From Tubiluchus corallicola (Eukaryota; Animalia; Priapulida): 26,648 nucleotides of DNA. The notes beneath the pieces are model-generated. The model was not told where the DNA came from and did no database searches. It saw nothing but the letters and a program-made list of their open reading frames with translations. The translations under genes were made by a program, and so were the position numbers. The stretch is taken from NCBI GenBank assembly GCA_030141605.1, contig JAQGDQ010001754.1:1-26648 (forward strand). The letters are read 5' to 3'. Position 1 is the stretch's first letter. Each line of letters starts with the position of its first letter. Positions 12,769 through 23,415 of this stretch are shown here, one piece after another.

Positions 12769-13070
12769 TTAACACTATTAATCGTAATTTTATTCTGTGT
12801 GACGGTGTCAGGATATTAACTACTAACCGGTTGCCGAGTGGAAAATTTTGTGTTGTTAATGACAACAAAGAGTGTAGGATGTATCACTTTGCTAAAGTCA
12901 ACACGAATGCGATTCTGTCTGAGCGAATGTAAAGTGAGAAAGGATCAAAGTCTTCAAAAGCTACAAGCATCGATTGCACTCAGCGAATCGTGTTTGAAAA
13001 CGCGTGATTGGCGGTGCGCCGTTGATGAAGGGAAGTTGCAAGAGACAGTCTTCAGTATTTCACTGATTGC

Positions 13071-13684
<614 letters not shown>

Positions 13685-14079
13685 CTGATTGCATTCAGAT
13701 TTTCGCTCTGCCCACATGCAGCAGTTTACTTTTGGGTCTGCTGTTTTGCAGTGTAAAAGTTTTGTACCTAGTAAAAAGGAAAAATACCTGGGTCGAATGA
13801 CAATAGAGATGATTTAGATATATTACGACATGTTCAATTTATTGGTAAAGCAAATAAATTACTCATGAAATTTACTCACTGTTCAGTTAACGTGAAGAGA
13901 CAATTGTTTAATGCTTACTGCACTATTCTGGGCTCGTTGTTACAGTTTGAATGAACATTTCGAATTACAGGGAAAATTTTCAACTTCGTCGGTCAATTCG
14001 AATGAAGATTTGCCCATCTTACCAAAGATGTGTCAATCGTTGGAGCATCCATTTCACTTCATTGCAGTGATTTTTCTTC

Positions 14080-14345
14080 CATCTTCATCACCATCATCTT
14101 CATCATCATCATCGTCACCTACAACGACAACAACAACAGCATCTTCAACAACATCACCACCACCATCATCATCTTAATCATCATCATCTTCATCATCATT
14201 CGTCATCATCATTATCACTCATCATCATCATCATCAGCATCATCATCATCATCATCGTCACCAACAATGACAACAGCAACAGCATCTTCAACAACATCAC
14301 CACCATCGTCGTCGTCGTCGTCATCATCAGCATCACTGTCATCAC
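14080..14345. repeat. Compound (CAT/CAA/CAC/CGT)n trinucleotide tract
   Basis: Directly visible. Flanked by 28-bp direct repeats at 14054-14081 and 14342-14369. Confidence 0.97.
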
Positions 14346-14370
14346 TACATTGCTGTGATTTTTCTTCCAG

Positions 14371-14450
14371 GTTATGGAATTCTGACCTCCAACACCCGTA
14401 GAGGGTCCACGAAGCATGGGCAGTAGTTGATGATAACTGTGATGCTGTGA
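14371..14450 (+). other. CDK17: 5' UTR part of the first coding exon, with three uORFs
   Basis: Acceptor TTTTTCTTCCAG ends at 14370. An in-frame TGA at 14448-14450 lies just before the ATG. uORFs are at 14374-14385, 14416-14430 and 14430-14450. Confidence 0.7.
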
Positions 14451-14628
14451 ATGATGAAGAGGCTGAGAAGGAGGCTGTCTCAGTCTATGCGTCTTGGCCA
14501 CAGTTTTGACGAATGTCTTTCAGAACTTGCCGAACAGGAGGTCCTCGAGGGCAGTGGGAATCAAGGCAAGGAGAAACTAAAGGAAAACGGGATTCAAGGC
14601 AAAGACAAACCGTTGATTTTAACCAATG
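14451..14628 (+). CDS. CDK17: First coding exon of a PCTAIRE-family cyclin-dependent kinase (CDK16/17/18-like); partial
   Basis: MMKRLRRRLSQSMRLGHSFDECLSELAEQ resembles the vertebrate CDK17 N-terminus MKKFKRRLSLTLRGSQTIDESLSELAEQ (recalled, not searched). Strong donor G|GTAAGC at 14629; 59 codons plus 1 nt (phase 1). No kinase-domain exons were recognised in the window. Confidence 0.85.
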
Positions 14629-15162
14629 GTAAGCAGTTTCACTGTTTTAGGATACGACCAAGCGAATTGGTTTTTATTGTGACTTTGGTTTGGTTTCTCT
14701 GCCTCCTGCAAGCTAACAGGCTTTAATAATAACTAATTTAATTTTTCATTGTCTGTTATCATTGATTAGAAAAGTATTGAAAGGAAACCTATTTTTTCAA
14801 AAATGACCTAAAAGAATTATTACCACACAAACACAATTTCACGTTCGCGTTACTAGTTCTTCGCTGTTACATGCATTTCTCTATTTACTTGTTAAACGGG
14901 CACTAGCGCCTGAATTTTGGAAGCGTATTGCACAAAATGCAGGTGCCGCATCTCTCAGTTAAGATGTGTTAGTTTGTGATGAACTGCACACATTCGGCAG
15001 CTCATGTATGATGGCAGCAGTAAATTTAAAATATGAATTTTTAGCTTAAAACTTGTCTAGTTTTAGTACAACACACTGAATATCTTACAGGAGCGCTGTA
15101 CTTCAATTTTCACTTTCGCAAACACGCTCGTGGAGTATTTCTGCTGTTGAAAATTATGTTAG

Positions 15163-15316
15163 TTTGTGATGTCATCAATAGTTCAGCTCGCCCGCAGTAT
15201 ATTAAGTTTTTAATCTCTTATAAGAAACGTTTTTGCAGTATTATTGGTGTTGAAATGTCTACAATGTGGACTTGAAAATGGGGTAGTATATAAAAAATCA
15301 TTCTGTCTTCCTTTAA
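15163..15316 (+). repeat. Element end carrying a single monomer of the 40-bp minisatellite (possible Kolobok-like CCTTTAA terminus)
   Basis: TTGTGATGTCATCAATAGTTCAGCTCGCC matches the 40-bp unit. Downstream AAAATGGGGTAGTATAT...TTTAACAC matches 12275-12313 plus 12773-12775. Confidence 0.65.
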
Positions 15317-15464
15317 CACATAGCACAGACCAAAATCGTGGCTAGAATATTAGTTTTTGAAGTGCACAGCAGTTATCGACGTGTGAATTTAATGCAGAAC
15401 AGTTTTTAGTTGAGAAAATCTATACTCTTATATTAATATTCTTGGTATGGGCTTAATATATAAG

Positions 15465-15865
15465 ATTCGAGGCTACAGCCCGGACGAGGGCACCATTTGC
15501 GGCGATCTATATATCAAACGAAAGGTCTCGATCTAGTGTCGTCTCATTGATGGTTTATTTTTCGAATTGGGCCCACAGCGAGGAAGGGGAGGCGAAAAAC
15601 CTCCAAAAATGGCCATTTTTCGGCCGTTTTTTGCAAAAGTTATACGGCTGAGATGTAGAGAACGGGAACGGGCCGAGGGTGGTGCTGGCCATGGATAGAT
15701 AGCCCGTTCAGCGGTGGGTGTAGTAGGCGTATTTAGAATTCGCGAGAGGGCCAGGGCGTCCCGTAACGGGCGTTTTCCCGGACCCAACTTGCGATTTTTT
15801 CGAAATTTTGACCAAACAGCCTGCGAAAACATTCTAGCGGCGCCTGGTGGGACTCTCGGAAGGAG
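15465..15865. repeat. GC/CpG-rich insert, probably a transposon-internal fragment
   Basis: Sharp composition change against AT-rich flanks, with no credible ORF and no clear termini. The assignment is inference. Confidence 0.35.
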
Positions 15866-16083
15866 ATATACATCATGAATTAATCAACTGACGCTGACGC
15901 TGATTAATGTAGTAGGTAGTATGGAGTGTGAATGAGAGAAAATTAATCAATGTTCAATTAATCTTTAAGCGTTTCTAGTTTTCAGACCGCTCTGAATGTT
16001 GGCTCGTTTGTGATGTTCACTTGTTACGTTAATAAACATCGAACAAAAGTCATCAGATAAGTTTATCAATTGCAATTATTTGA

Positions 16084-17281
16084 GGAGGGGGCAGCGTGCT
16101 GTCCTGGAGCTGCCTAGCTTCACATTCAGCAGTGTGGAGGGGGTAGCGTGCTGTCCTGGAGCCGCCTAGCTTCATGTTCAGCAGTGTGGAGGGGGTAGCG
16201 TGTTGTCATGGAGCTGCCTAGCTTCACATTCAGCAGTGTGGAGGGGGTAGCGTGCTGTCCTGGAGCCGCCTAGCTTCACGTTCAGCAGTGTGGAGGGGGT
16301 AGCGTGCTGTCCTGGAGCTGCCTAGCTTCACATTCAGCAGTGTGGAGGGGGCAGCGTGCTGTCCTGGAGCCGCCTAGCTTCACGTTCAGCAGTGTGGAGG
16401 GGGTAGCGTGCTGTCCTGGAGCCGCCTGGCTTCACATTCAGCAGTGTGGAGGGGGCAGCGTGCTGTCCTGGAGCCGCCTGGCTTCACATTCAGCAGTGTG
16501 GAGGGGGTAGCATGCTGTCCTGGAGCCGCCTAGCTTCACATTCAGCAGTGTGGAGGGGGCAGCGTGCTGTCCTGGAGCCGCCTAGCTTCACATTCAGCAG
16601 TGTGGAGGGGGTAGCGTGCTGTCCTGGATCCGCCTAGCTTCATGTTCAGCAGTGTAGAGCGGGCAGCGTGCTGTCCTGGAGCCGCCTAGCTTCACATTCA
16701 GCAGTGTGGAGGGGGTAGCTTGCTGTCCTGGAACCGCCTGGCTTCACGTTCAGCAGTGTGGAGGGGGTAGAGTGCTGTCCTGGAACCGCCTAGCTTCACG
16801 TTCAGCAGTGTGGAAGGGGTAGCGTGCTGTCCTGGAGCCGCCTAGCTTCACATTCAGCAGTGTGGAGGGGGTAGCTTACTGTCATGGAGCCGCCTGGCTT
16901 CACATTCAGCAGTGTGGAGGGGGTAGAGTGCTGTCCTGGAACCGCCTAGCTTCACATTCAGCAGTGTGGAGGGGGTAGCGTGCTGTCCTGGAGCCGCCTA
17001 GCTTCACATTCAGCAGTGTGGATGGGGTATCGTGCTGTCCTGGAGCCGCCTAGCTTCACATTCAGCAGTGTGGAGACGGCAGCGTGCTGTCCTGGAACCG
17101 CCTAGCTTCATGTTCAGCAGTGTGGAGGGGGTAGCGTGCTGTCCTGGAGCCGCCTAGCTTCACATTCAGCAGTGTGGAGGGGGCAGCGTGCTGTCCTGGA
17201 ACCGCCTAGCTTCATGTTCAGCAGTGTGGAGGGGGTAGCGTCCTGTCCTGGAGCCGCCTAGCTTCACATTCAGCAGTGTGT
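16084..17281. repeat. 52-bp GC-rich minisatellite, ~23 copies
   Basis: Unit GGAGGGGGTAGCGTGCTGTCCTGGAGCCGCCTAGCTTCACATTCAGCAGTGT. Confidence 0.98.
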
Positions 17282-17782
17282 AAAGAGCTAAGACCCTAAA
17301 GCGCATATGTTAAACTAAATTGCCCGGTGTTCTGACACTAATATCATTCCGCCAGTCACTGGCAGAAGCCATTTTACCGCTCTTTCGTTCTCTTCCGGTA
17401 TTTGAAAGTATTTAGAAGCCATTGTTTCGTCTCAATAGTCGCTAGAATCCGGATCGAGTGTCCGACTGTTCGTGACGCATGGGAACTGGGATTAGCCGGG
17501 AGGGGATTTGATGAAGCCATTCATTTCTGCAGGCTAATGGCTCCTTGTGGGGCTTCCCAGTAAGCTAGATAGAGTTGAACGGCCGCCGTGTTGGATAACA
17601 CGGGGAGTGGAAGGTAAGCGGCAAATTAGGAGAGGGAGAGAGAAAGAGAGAGAGGTAAAAAGGGAGAGACAGGAGGTGGAGAGAGAGGATGGCAGAAAGA
17701 GAGAGGGGAGCGAAGATGTGCAGAGGGAGCAGAGAGAGGAGATGTATATATGTATATATTTTACCATCACTTTTATAACTTT

Positions 17783-17985
17783 CATCATCATCATCATCAT
17801 CATCATCAGATCGTCATCATGATCATCATGATCATCATCATCATCATCAATATCATCATCAACAACAACAACACCATCATCATGATCATCATCAACACCA
17901 TCATCATCATCATCACCATCATCACCACCACCATCATCATCATCACCATCATCAACAATAACAGCAGCAACATCATCACCACCAC

Positions 17986-18020
<35 letters not shown>

Positions 18021-18171
18021 GATCGTCATCATGATCATGATCATGATCATCATCATCAATATCATCATCAACAACAACAACACCATCATCATGATCATCA
18101 TCAACACCATCATCACCACCACCATCATCATCATCACCATCATCAACAATAACAGCAGCAACATCATCACC

Positions 18172-18205
<34 letters not shown>

Positions 18206-18413
18206 TCATCAACAACAACAGCAAGAACATCATCACCACCACCTTCATTATCATCATCATCACCAGCATCAACAACAGCAACATCAACAACATCATCAAC
18301 AACATCACCATCATCATCATCATCATCATCATCACCACCACCATCATCATCACCATCATCAACAACAACAGCAACAACATCTTCACCACCACCACCACCA
18401 TCATCATCATCAT
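17783..18413. repeat. Compound (CAT/CAC/CAA)n tract with ~212-bp higher-order duplication
   Basis: The marker CAGATCGTCATCATGATCAT occurs at about 17807 and about 18019. Confidence 0.97.
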
Positions 18414-18531
18414 AAAATCATTTGAAGATTGTCGTACATATATGTAAGCACAACACATAATTGTTAAAGCTTTTGTCAATGATAAGAACTGCTTAAAGTC
18501 TTTAAAGTAATTTCGTTTCAGTTCGCATTAG

Positions 18532-19165
18532 CTGGCGTTACCGTCATTATTATCATTGTCGTCATTGTTCTCGTCGTCATCGTCGTCATCTTTGCCATCT
18601 TGATTAATCACAGAGTAATATTTGTTTCCCTGCTAACATGGCTTCATTAACTACTGAACGACACGTTGTAGAACAGCAAAAGTAGCCTAGTTTATGACTA
18701 TACTACTGGCATTACCGTCATTATTATCATTGTCATCATTGTTCTCGTCGTCATCGTCGCCATCTTGATTAATCACACAGTAATCCTTGCTTGCCTGGTA
18801 ACATGGCTTCATGACACGTTGTAGAACAGCAAAAGAAGCCAAGTTTATGGCTATACTACTGGCATTACCGTCACTATTATCATTGTCGTCATTGTTCTCG
18901 TCGTCATCTTCGCCATCTTGATTAATCACACAGTAATCTTTGTTTGCCTGGTAACATGGCTTCATGAACGACACGTTGTAGAACAGCAAAAGAAGCCAAG
19001 TTTATGACTACTACTGGCGTTACCGTCATTATTATCATTGTCGTCATCGTCGTCATCGTCGCCATCTTGATTAATCGCACAGTAATCTTTGTTTGCCTGG
19101 TAACATGGCTTCATGAACGACACGTTGTAGAACAGCAAAAGAAGCCAAGTTTATGGTTATACTAC
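18532..19165. repeat. ~155-bp tandem repeat, 4 copies
   Basis: Units begin CTGGC.TTACCGTCA at 18532, 18706, 18859 and 19014. Each has a (TCG/TCA)-rich half. Confidence 0.95.
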
Positions 19166-19476
19166 CACGTTATTATTAGCATTAGCAGTAATAATATTAA
19201 ACTGCTTAGGGAGCGAGAATGTTAGTATACACGTGCGTGGGTGGAGTAGTGGTTTCCCCACTTTTGTGCAATAATAGATAACTTGGCTTCATTCCGTCAT
19301 TAAATTTATGGTGCTGGCATAGTTAATAGCCTTCCATTTATAGGGATGAGTAATAGAGTAGCAGACAGGTCACGTGGTTCGCATAAAATTCAGGTGCTGT
19401 ACCATCGGTTGCAATGTCAAGCATGTCTGCATTTGTTGAAACTTGACTTTACGTACAGGGTGTTCCAAAACAACAG

Positions 19477-19966
19477 CAGGGATGAGAATTTTCCGCGGAA
19501 TTCCCGGGTTTTTGGAAGACCAGTAGTGCCATTTTTGTAAATCTCGTAAATTCGTTGATAACATTTTTACGGACCCAGTACATTATTTCACAAGCTGACC
19601 GCTAGTTGGCAGGCCGTCACTTTGTTTACATCACGTACATCAGTGTAACCACGTGTATATCTCTATGTATAAAAATATAGAATCAATTGTGCGGAGTTAT
19701 TTGAGTCAATTGCAGACAGTTTTTATATACTTTTGCATAGGAGTGTCCAGTACTTAGGCATTTTTGAGACAATTAGGTATCATGTATCCTTGATAGTTGG
19801 GTATTTTAAATTATGCATGAAACAAGGTAATTGATATTTTAACTCCACTTAGAGGCTCTCTATGAACACAAAATTGCAATTTGTTGCTGGCTCCATGGGG
19901 GCCTACGCGGCTTCCAAACTCCCGGCCTGTTTCACAGTTTTTTGCAATTTGTCATTCTCATCCCTG
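19477..19966 (+). mobile_element. MITE family A, copy 3
   Basis: Perfect TIRs CAGGGATGAGAAT/ATTCTCATCCCTG. 6-bp flanking duplication CAACAG at 19471-19476 and 19967-19972. Confidence 0.93.
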
Positions 19967-20869
19967 CAACAGTGGAGCAGAAAAACACTAGTATTTTTAT
20001 ATTCGAATGTATAGTACAAGTTATGAAACCGTATAATTGTATTTCTACGTTATTGTGGCGTCGTAATCCGAAGTCCAGCTCCAAAGTAACAGTATCTTTT
20101 TCTAAACTTCCCTGTAGCCCTACGTCTGATAGGCCAGTGATAATTATTCAATTCATTATCCAGTGATAATGTTTCTCTTCTAAAACGTGAAGTTTCAAAC
20201 GTAGAGACTTCTCTCCGAGACCGCCCACACAAGTAATAAATTTTAGGCTTAATGCACAGAAAGCTCTCCACTTACATAAAGCTTAAAAAAATTCGCCTTG
20301 AAATCTTATACCACTAACGTACTGCCTTTTTGCGTACAGAGCTTGCGTCGGCAGTAACTGTATAAGCAGTCACTAACTAAGTAAAATTTAAAATTACTGT
20401 GTCTTGTCAGTAGAATTAAAAATACGTTTTTTGGTTAGTGAGTGGCTCTTTTAGTGACAACTTGAGTGACAAATTTTCCCAATTGGTGAAAATATTTTAA
20501 ATAATTAATAATTTTCTTTTCTAGTTACATAAGTCTGTCCAGCAGCGAAATGCTAAGTAATATAGATTTGCACGGAAAGTTTTTTGGGAAATAATTTAAC
20601 ATTTCCTTTTCTTCCCTTGATTTACGTTGTGCATATATGACGTCATGCAATGACGCGTTCGGAACAGTATTGCGGGAGATTTAAAATGAAAACAAACAAA
20701 AATCCTTTTAACTCGAGTACGACATGTGCATAAAAGTGCTATAAAGTAATATAATTTTTAAGGCGATTTTTTGAAACCTACTTCAGGTACCCCTTTTCTT
20801 GTCCTTTAAGTTAACAAGAATATGTCACGTAGACGAACAGGCTATGTTTGAGTTATGCTTTGTGTGTGC

Positions 20870-20871
<2 letters not shown>

Positions 20872-20919
<48 letters not shown>

Positions 20920-21172
20920 GAGAGCGAGAGAGAGAGAGAGAGGGGAGGGAGGGAGGGAGAGAGGGAGAGGGAGAGAGGGGGAGGGAGAGAAAGAGAGAGG
21001 GAGAGAGAGAGAGAGTGACAGTGAGAGAAAGAGAGAGAGAGTGTGAGAGACAGAACGAGAGAGAAAGAGAGATTTCATCCATTTTGTATTAATACTGGGG
21101 AGTTTTATTAGCATAGTAATTTATATTAAATTCCGCTCTCACTTCAAATTCAGAGGTTTGCTATTTTCTTGT
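20872..21172 (+). repeat. (GA)n tract plus interspersed segment homologous to 751-853
   Basis: GA tract at 20872-21071 followed by the shared ~100-bp segment. Confidence 0.9.
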
Positions 21173-21518
21173 CCTTTAAGAATCATTTTGCTAATATAAA
21201 CGTCAAATTGTATACCCTCTCCACTCGATCCTTTGTCTCTAGTGATTTACAATCTAATTACAATCTAATTACAATCACACAACATTCATATTGTTCTTGA
21301 TACCAAAACGTTTATGACTGAGTTTATCACTATGGAGAAGAAGCCGTTTTGTGCTCGTAAAGGTTATTCATCTAAGTCACCTGACTACATTGCATTCAGG
21401 CTCTTATTTGGCTTCTGTAGGTTATGAGCACTGCAGCATGGCTTCATTAGGTTTAGCGAATCTCAGAAGGGAGGCACTTTTGATACTTGGGAAATGAGTA
21501 AGCCTTTTCACAGTTTCG

Positions 21519-21884
21519 TTGTGCTGTAGGTCAAAGGCTAAGTGTACCACAGCAACGCGTCTTAACTACAAGCGTCACGTGACGTGGGTAAAGCAATGCC
21601 TTTTGCAGCATCAGTTCAGTAACTTCAGTTGTTTTGCGTACACTGTACTTAATTATGAATTAGTCTATGCGTAGAGTGATTTACTAGCAGGATAGTTGTG
21701 CGCACGCTCTTGTGCTGTAGGTCAAAGGTTAAATGTAGCACAGCAACGCGTCTTAACTACAAGCGTCACGTGACGTGGGTAAAGCAATGCCTTTTGCAGC
21801 ATCAGTTCGTTAACTTCAGTTGTTTTGCGTAGACTGTACTTAATTATGCATTAGTCCATGCGTAGAGTGATTTACTAGCAGGAT
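21519..21884. repeat. Tandem duplication, period 191 bp
   Basis: TTGTGCTGTAGGTCAAAGG...TTTACTAGCAGGAT at 21519-21693 and 21710-21884. Confidence 0.95.
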
Positions 21885-22215
21885 CTTGCTTGGAAACGAG
21901 AAAAAACTAACTAGGTAAGGTTCGAGTTAACTGTTAAAACTGTTACCATTACAATAGCGCGAGCTGCGAGGCGTTGTCAACTGTACACAAATGCGTTGTC
22001 TGGTACGCTTATTCTTTGACCTTTTCACGATCATCATCAATCGCCGGAACTGTGAAAATCCTTATTCACAGTCAAATTTTTGTTTCAGAGTTAATAGTGT
22101 ACCTAAAGTAAACGTAACACATTAAGACTGCACGGAATCGAACGAAAATTACTGATGTTACACTAAACCAGGGCATACAACTAGTAAAATGCACATACTA
22201 CAAAATGCTATTTAC

Positions 22216-22380
22216 ATATATATATATATATAGAGTAGGGATATAATATATAATATAATATAATGTAATGTAATGTAATGTAATGTAATGTAATGTAATG
22301 TAATGTAATGTAATGTAATGTAATGTAATGTAATGTAATGTAATATAATATAATATATAAATAATAATCTTTATTTGCCA
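22216..22380 (-). repeat. (TA)n, (TAATA)n and (TAATG)n microsatellites; possible tail of a minus-strand LINE
   Basis: The repeats are directly visible. Minus-strand GGCAAATAAA at 22370-22379 lies just before them. The LINE origin is inference. Confidence 0.75.
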
Positions 22381-23415
22381 TAAAAAATCGATATTCATAA
22401 CTATAAAAGCATAAAAGAACATCGCAGCATGAGAATAAAATTCACGCAACTGTTAAAGGCAAATGCGTCCAGTGCAAACTAAAAACTACTGTGCCAAAAA
22501 TTTAAAACAAAAATATACATTATAATATTACACGGAAATTATAATAGACTATATACAATATATACAATATAAAATGGACGTGGGTAAATAAAATTTGTGG
22601 ATGAATTTATATTATCGTTTACGTATGTTGGGTTTGTGTGCACTAAAACAGTGATTAATCGTCGTCATCGTCATCGTCGTCGTCATCATCGTTTTATTTC
22701 AGTCCAGCTCACCTTTAAACAAACATTTTAATGACGTAATTAAATCTACGTACCATAAGTGTAGGGAAGTATCTCGTTGGTCACGTGACCACGGGCACTC
22801 ACCTGTGCAGATCTGTTTCCACCTGGGCAAGTGAGTCAGTTGGTAGACGTTAACAGGCTTCTTTAAAAGTAGTTTTTCACAGTATGATAGTGATAATTTG
22901 TCAGATATATTGGTAAATACTAGATTTGCTTTATGGAGACATACGATGTAAGTAAATACATCATTTTGTATCATTTTGAATCATTATGAACTGATCACTT
23001 TGAACATTTTAGTTTAATGACAATCTTATAAATTCGACCGAACGTGGTATAAATTAGTAAAATTACCAAATTAGGTTTACTTAATGTTTGTGTTTAGTAA
23101 AGTCTAGAACTACAGAATTTAATGCAAATTTGTAAAATAACCTTTTTTATTATTATTTTTCAATAGAAATGACGTATAAAACAGTACAATATTTTGTTGG
23201 AATATGGCAGTCGTTGATTGTAGTACAATAAGAATTAATTACATAAAAGTGACTACGAAATTAAGTAAAATTAGGTTACTATCTAAAACCAACTAACCGT
23301 AAAATAATTAAATTGAATATCATTTGCACTCGCATCTCGGTTTGCCGGGCCCCGCTTTTATGGATATCGGAAAATTCGGTGTTTCCATCACGGTGTCTCC
23401 ATAGTAAAAGCTCAA

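Noticed and set aside
14629-14726. Continuation of the 91-aa ORF (KQFHCF...hydrophobic tail)
   Set aside because: It lies after a consensus GTAAGC donor and is best read as intron.
16084-17281. RE1/NRSE-like half sites (TTCAGCA, GCTGTCC) and a chi-like GGAGGGGGCAG core in the 52-bp unit
   Set aside because: Orientation and spacing do not give a proper RE1 site, and the short G-rich matches are expected by chance.
13911-18479. Poly-S/T/I/M/H ORFs at 13911-14501 and 17534-18479
   Set aside because: They are trinucleotide-tract artefacts.
20281-20797. Possible degenerate TIR element (AAAAAATTCGCCTTGAAA vs TTTAAGGCGATTTTTT)
   Set aside because: Only a short internal inverted match; the outer termini and TSD cannot be defined.
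21575-22791. GTCACGTGAC (CLEAR/USF-type) palindromes at about 21575, 21765 and 22780
   Set aside because: Two come from one duplication, and such palindromes are common in repeats. There is no promoter evidence.
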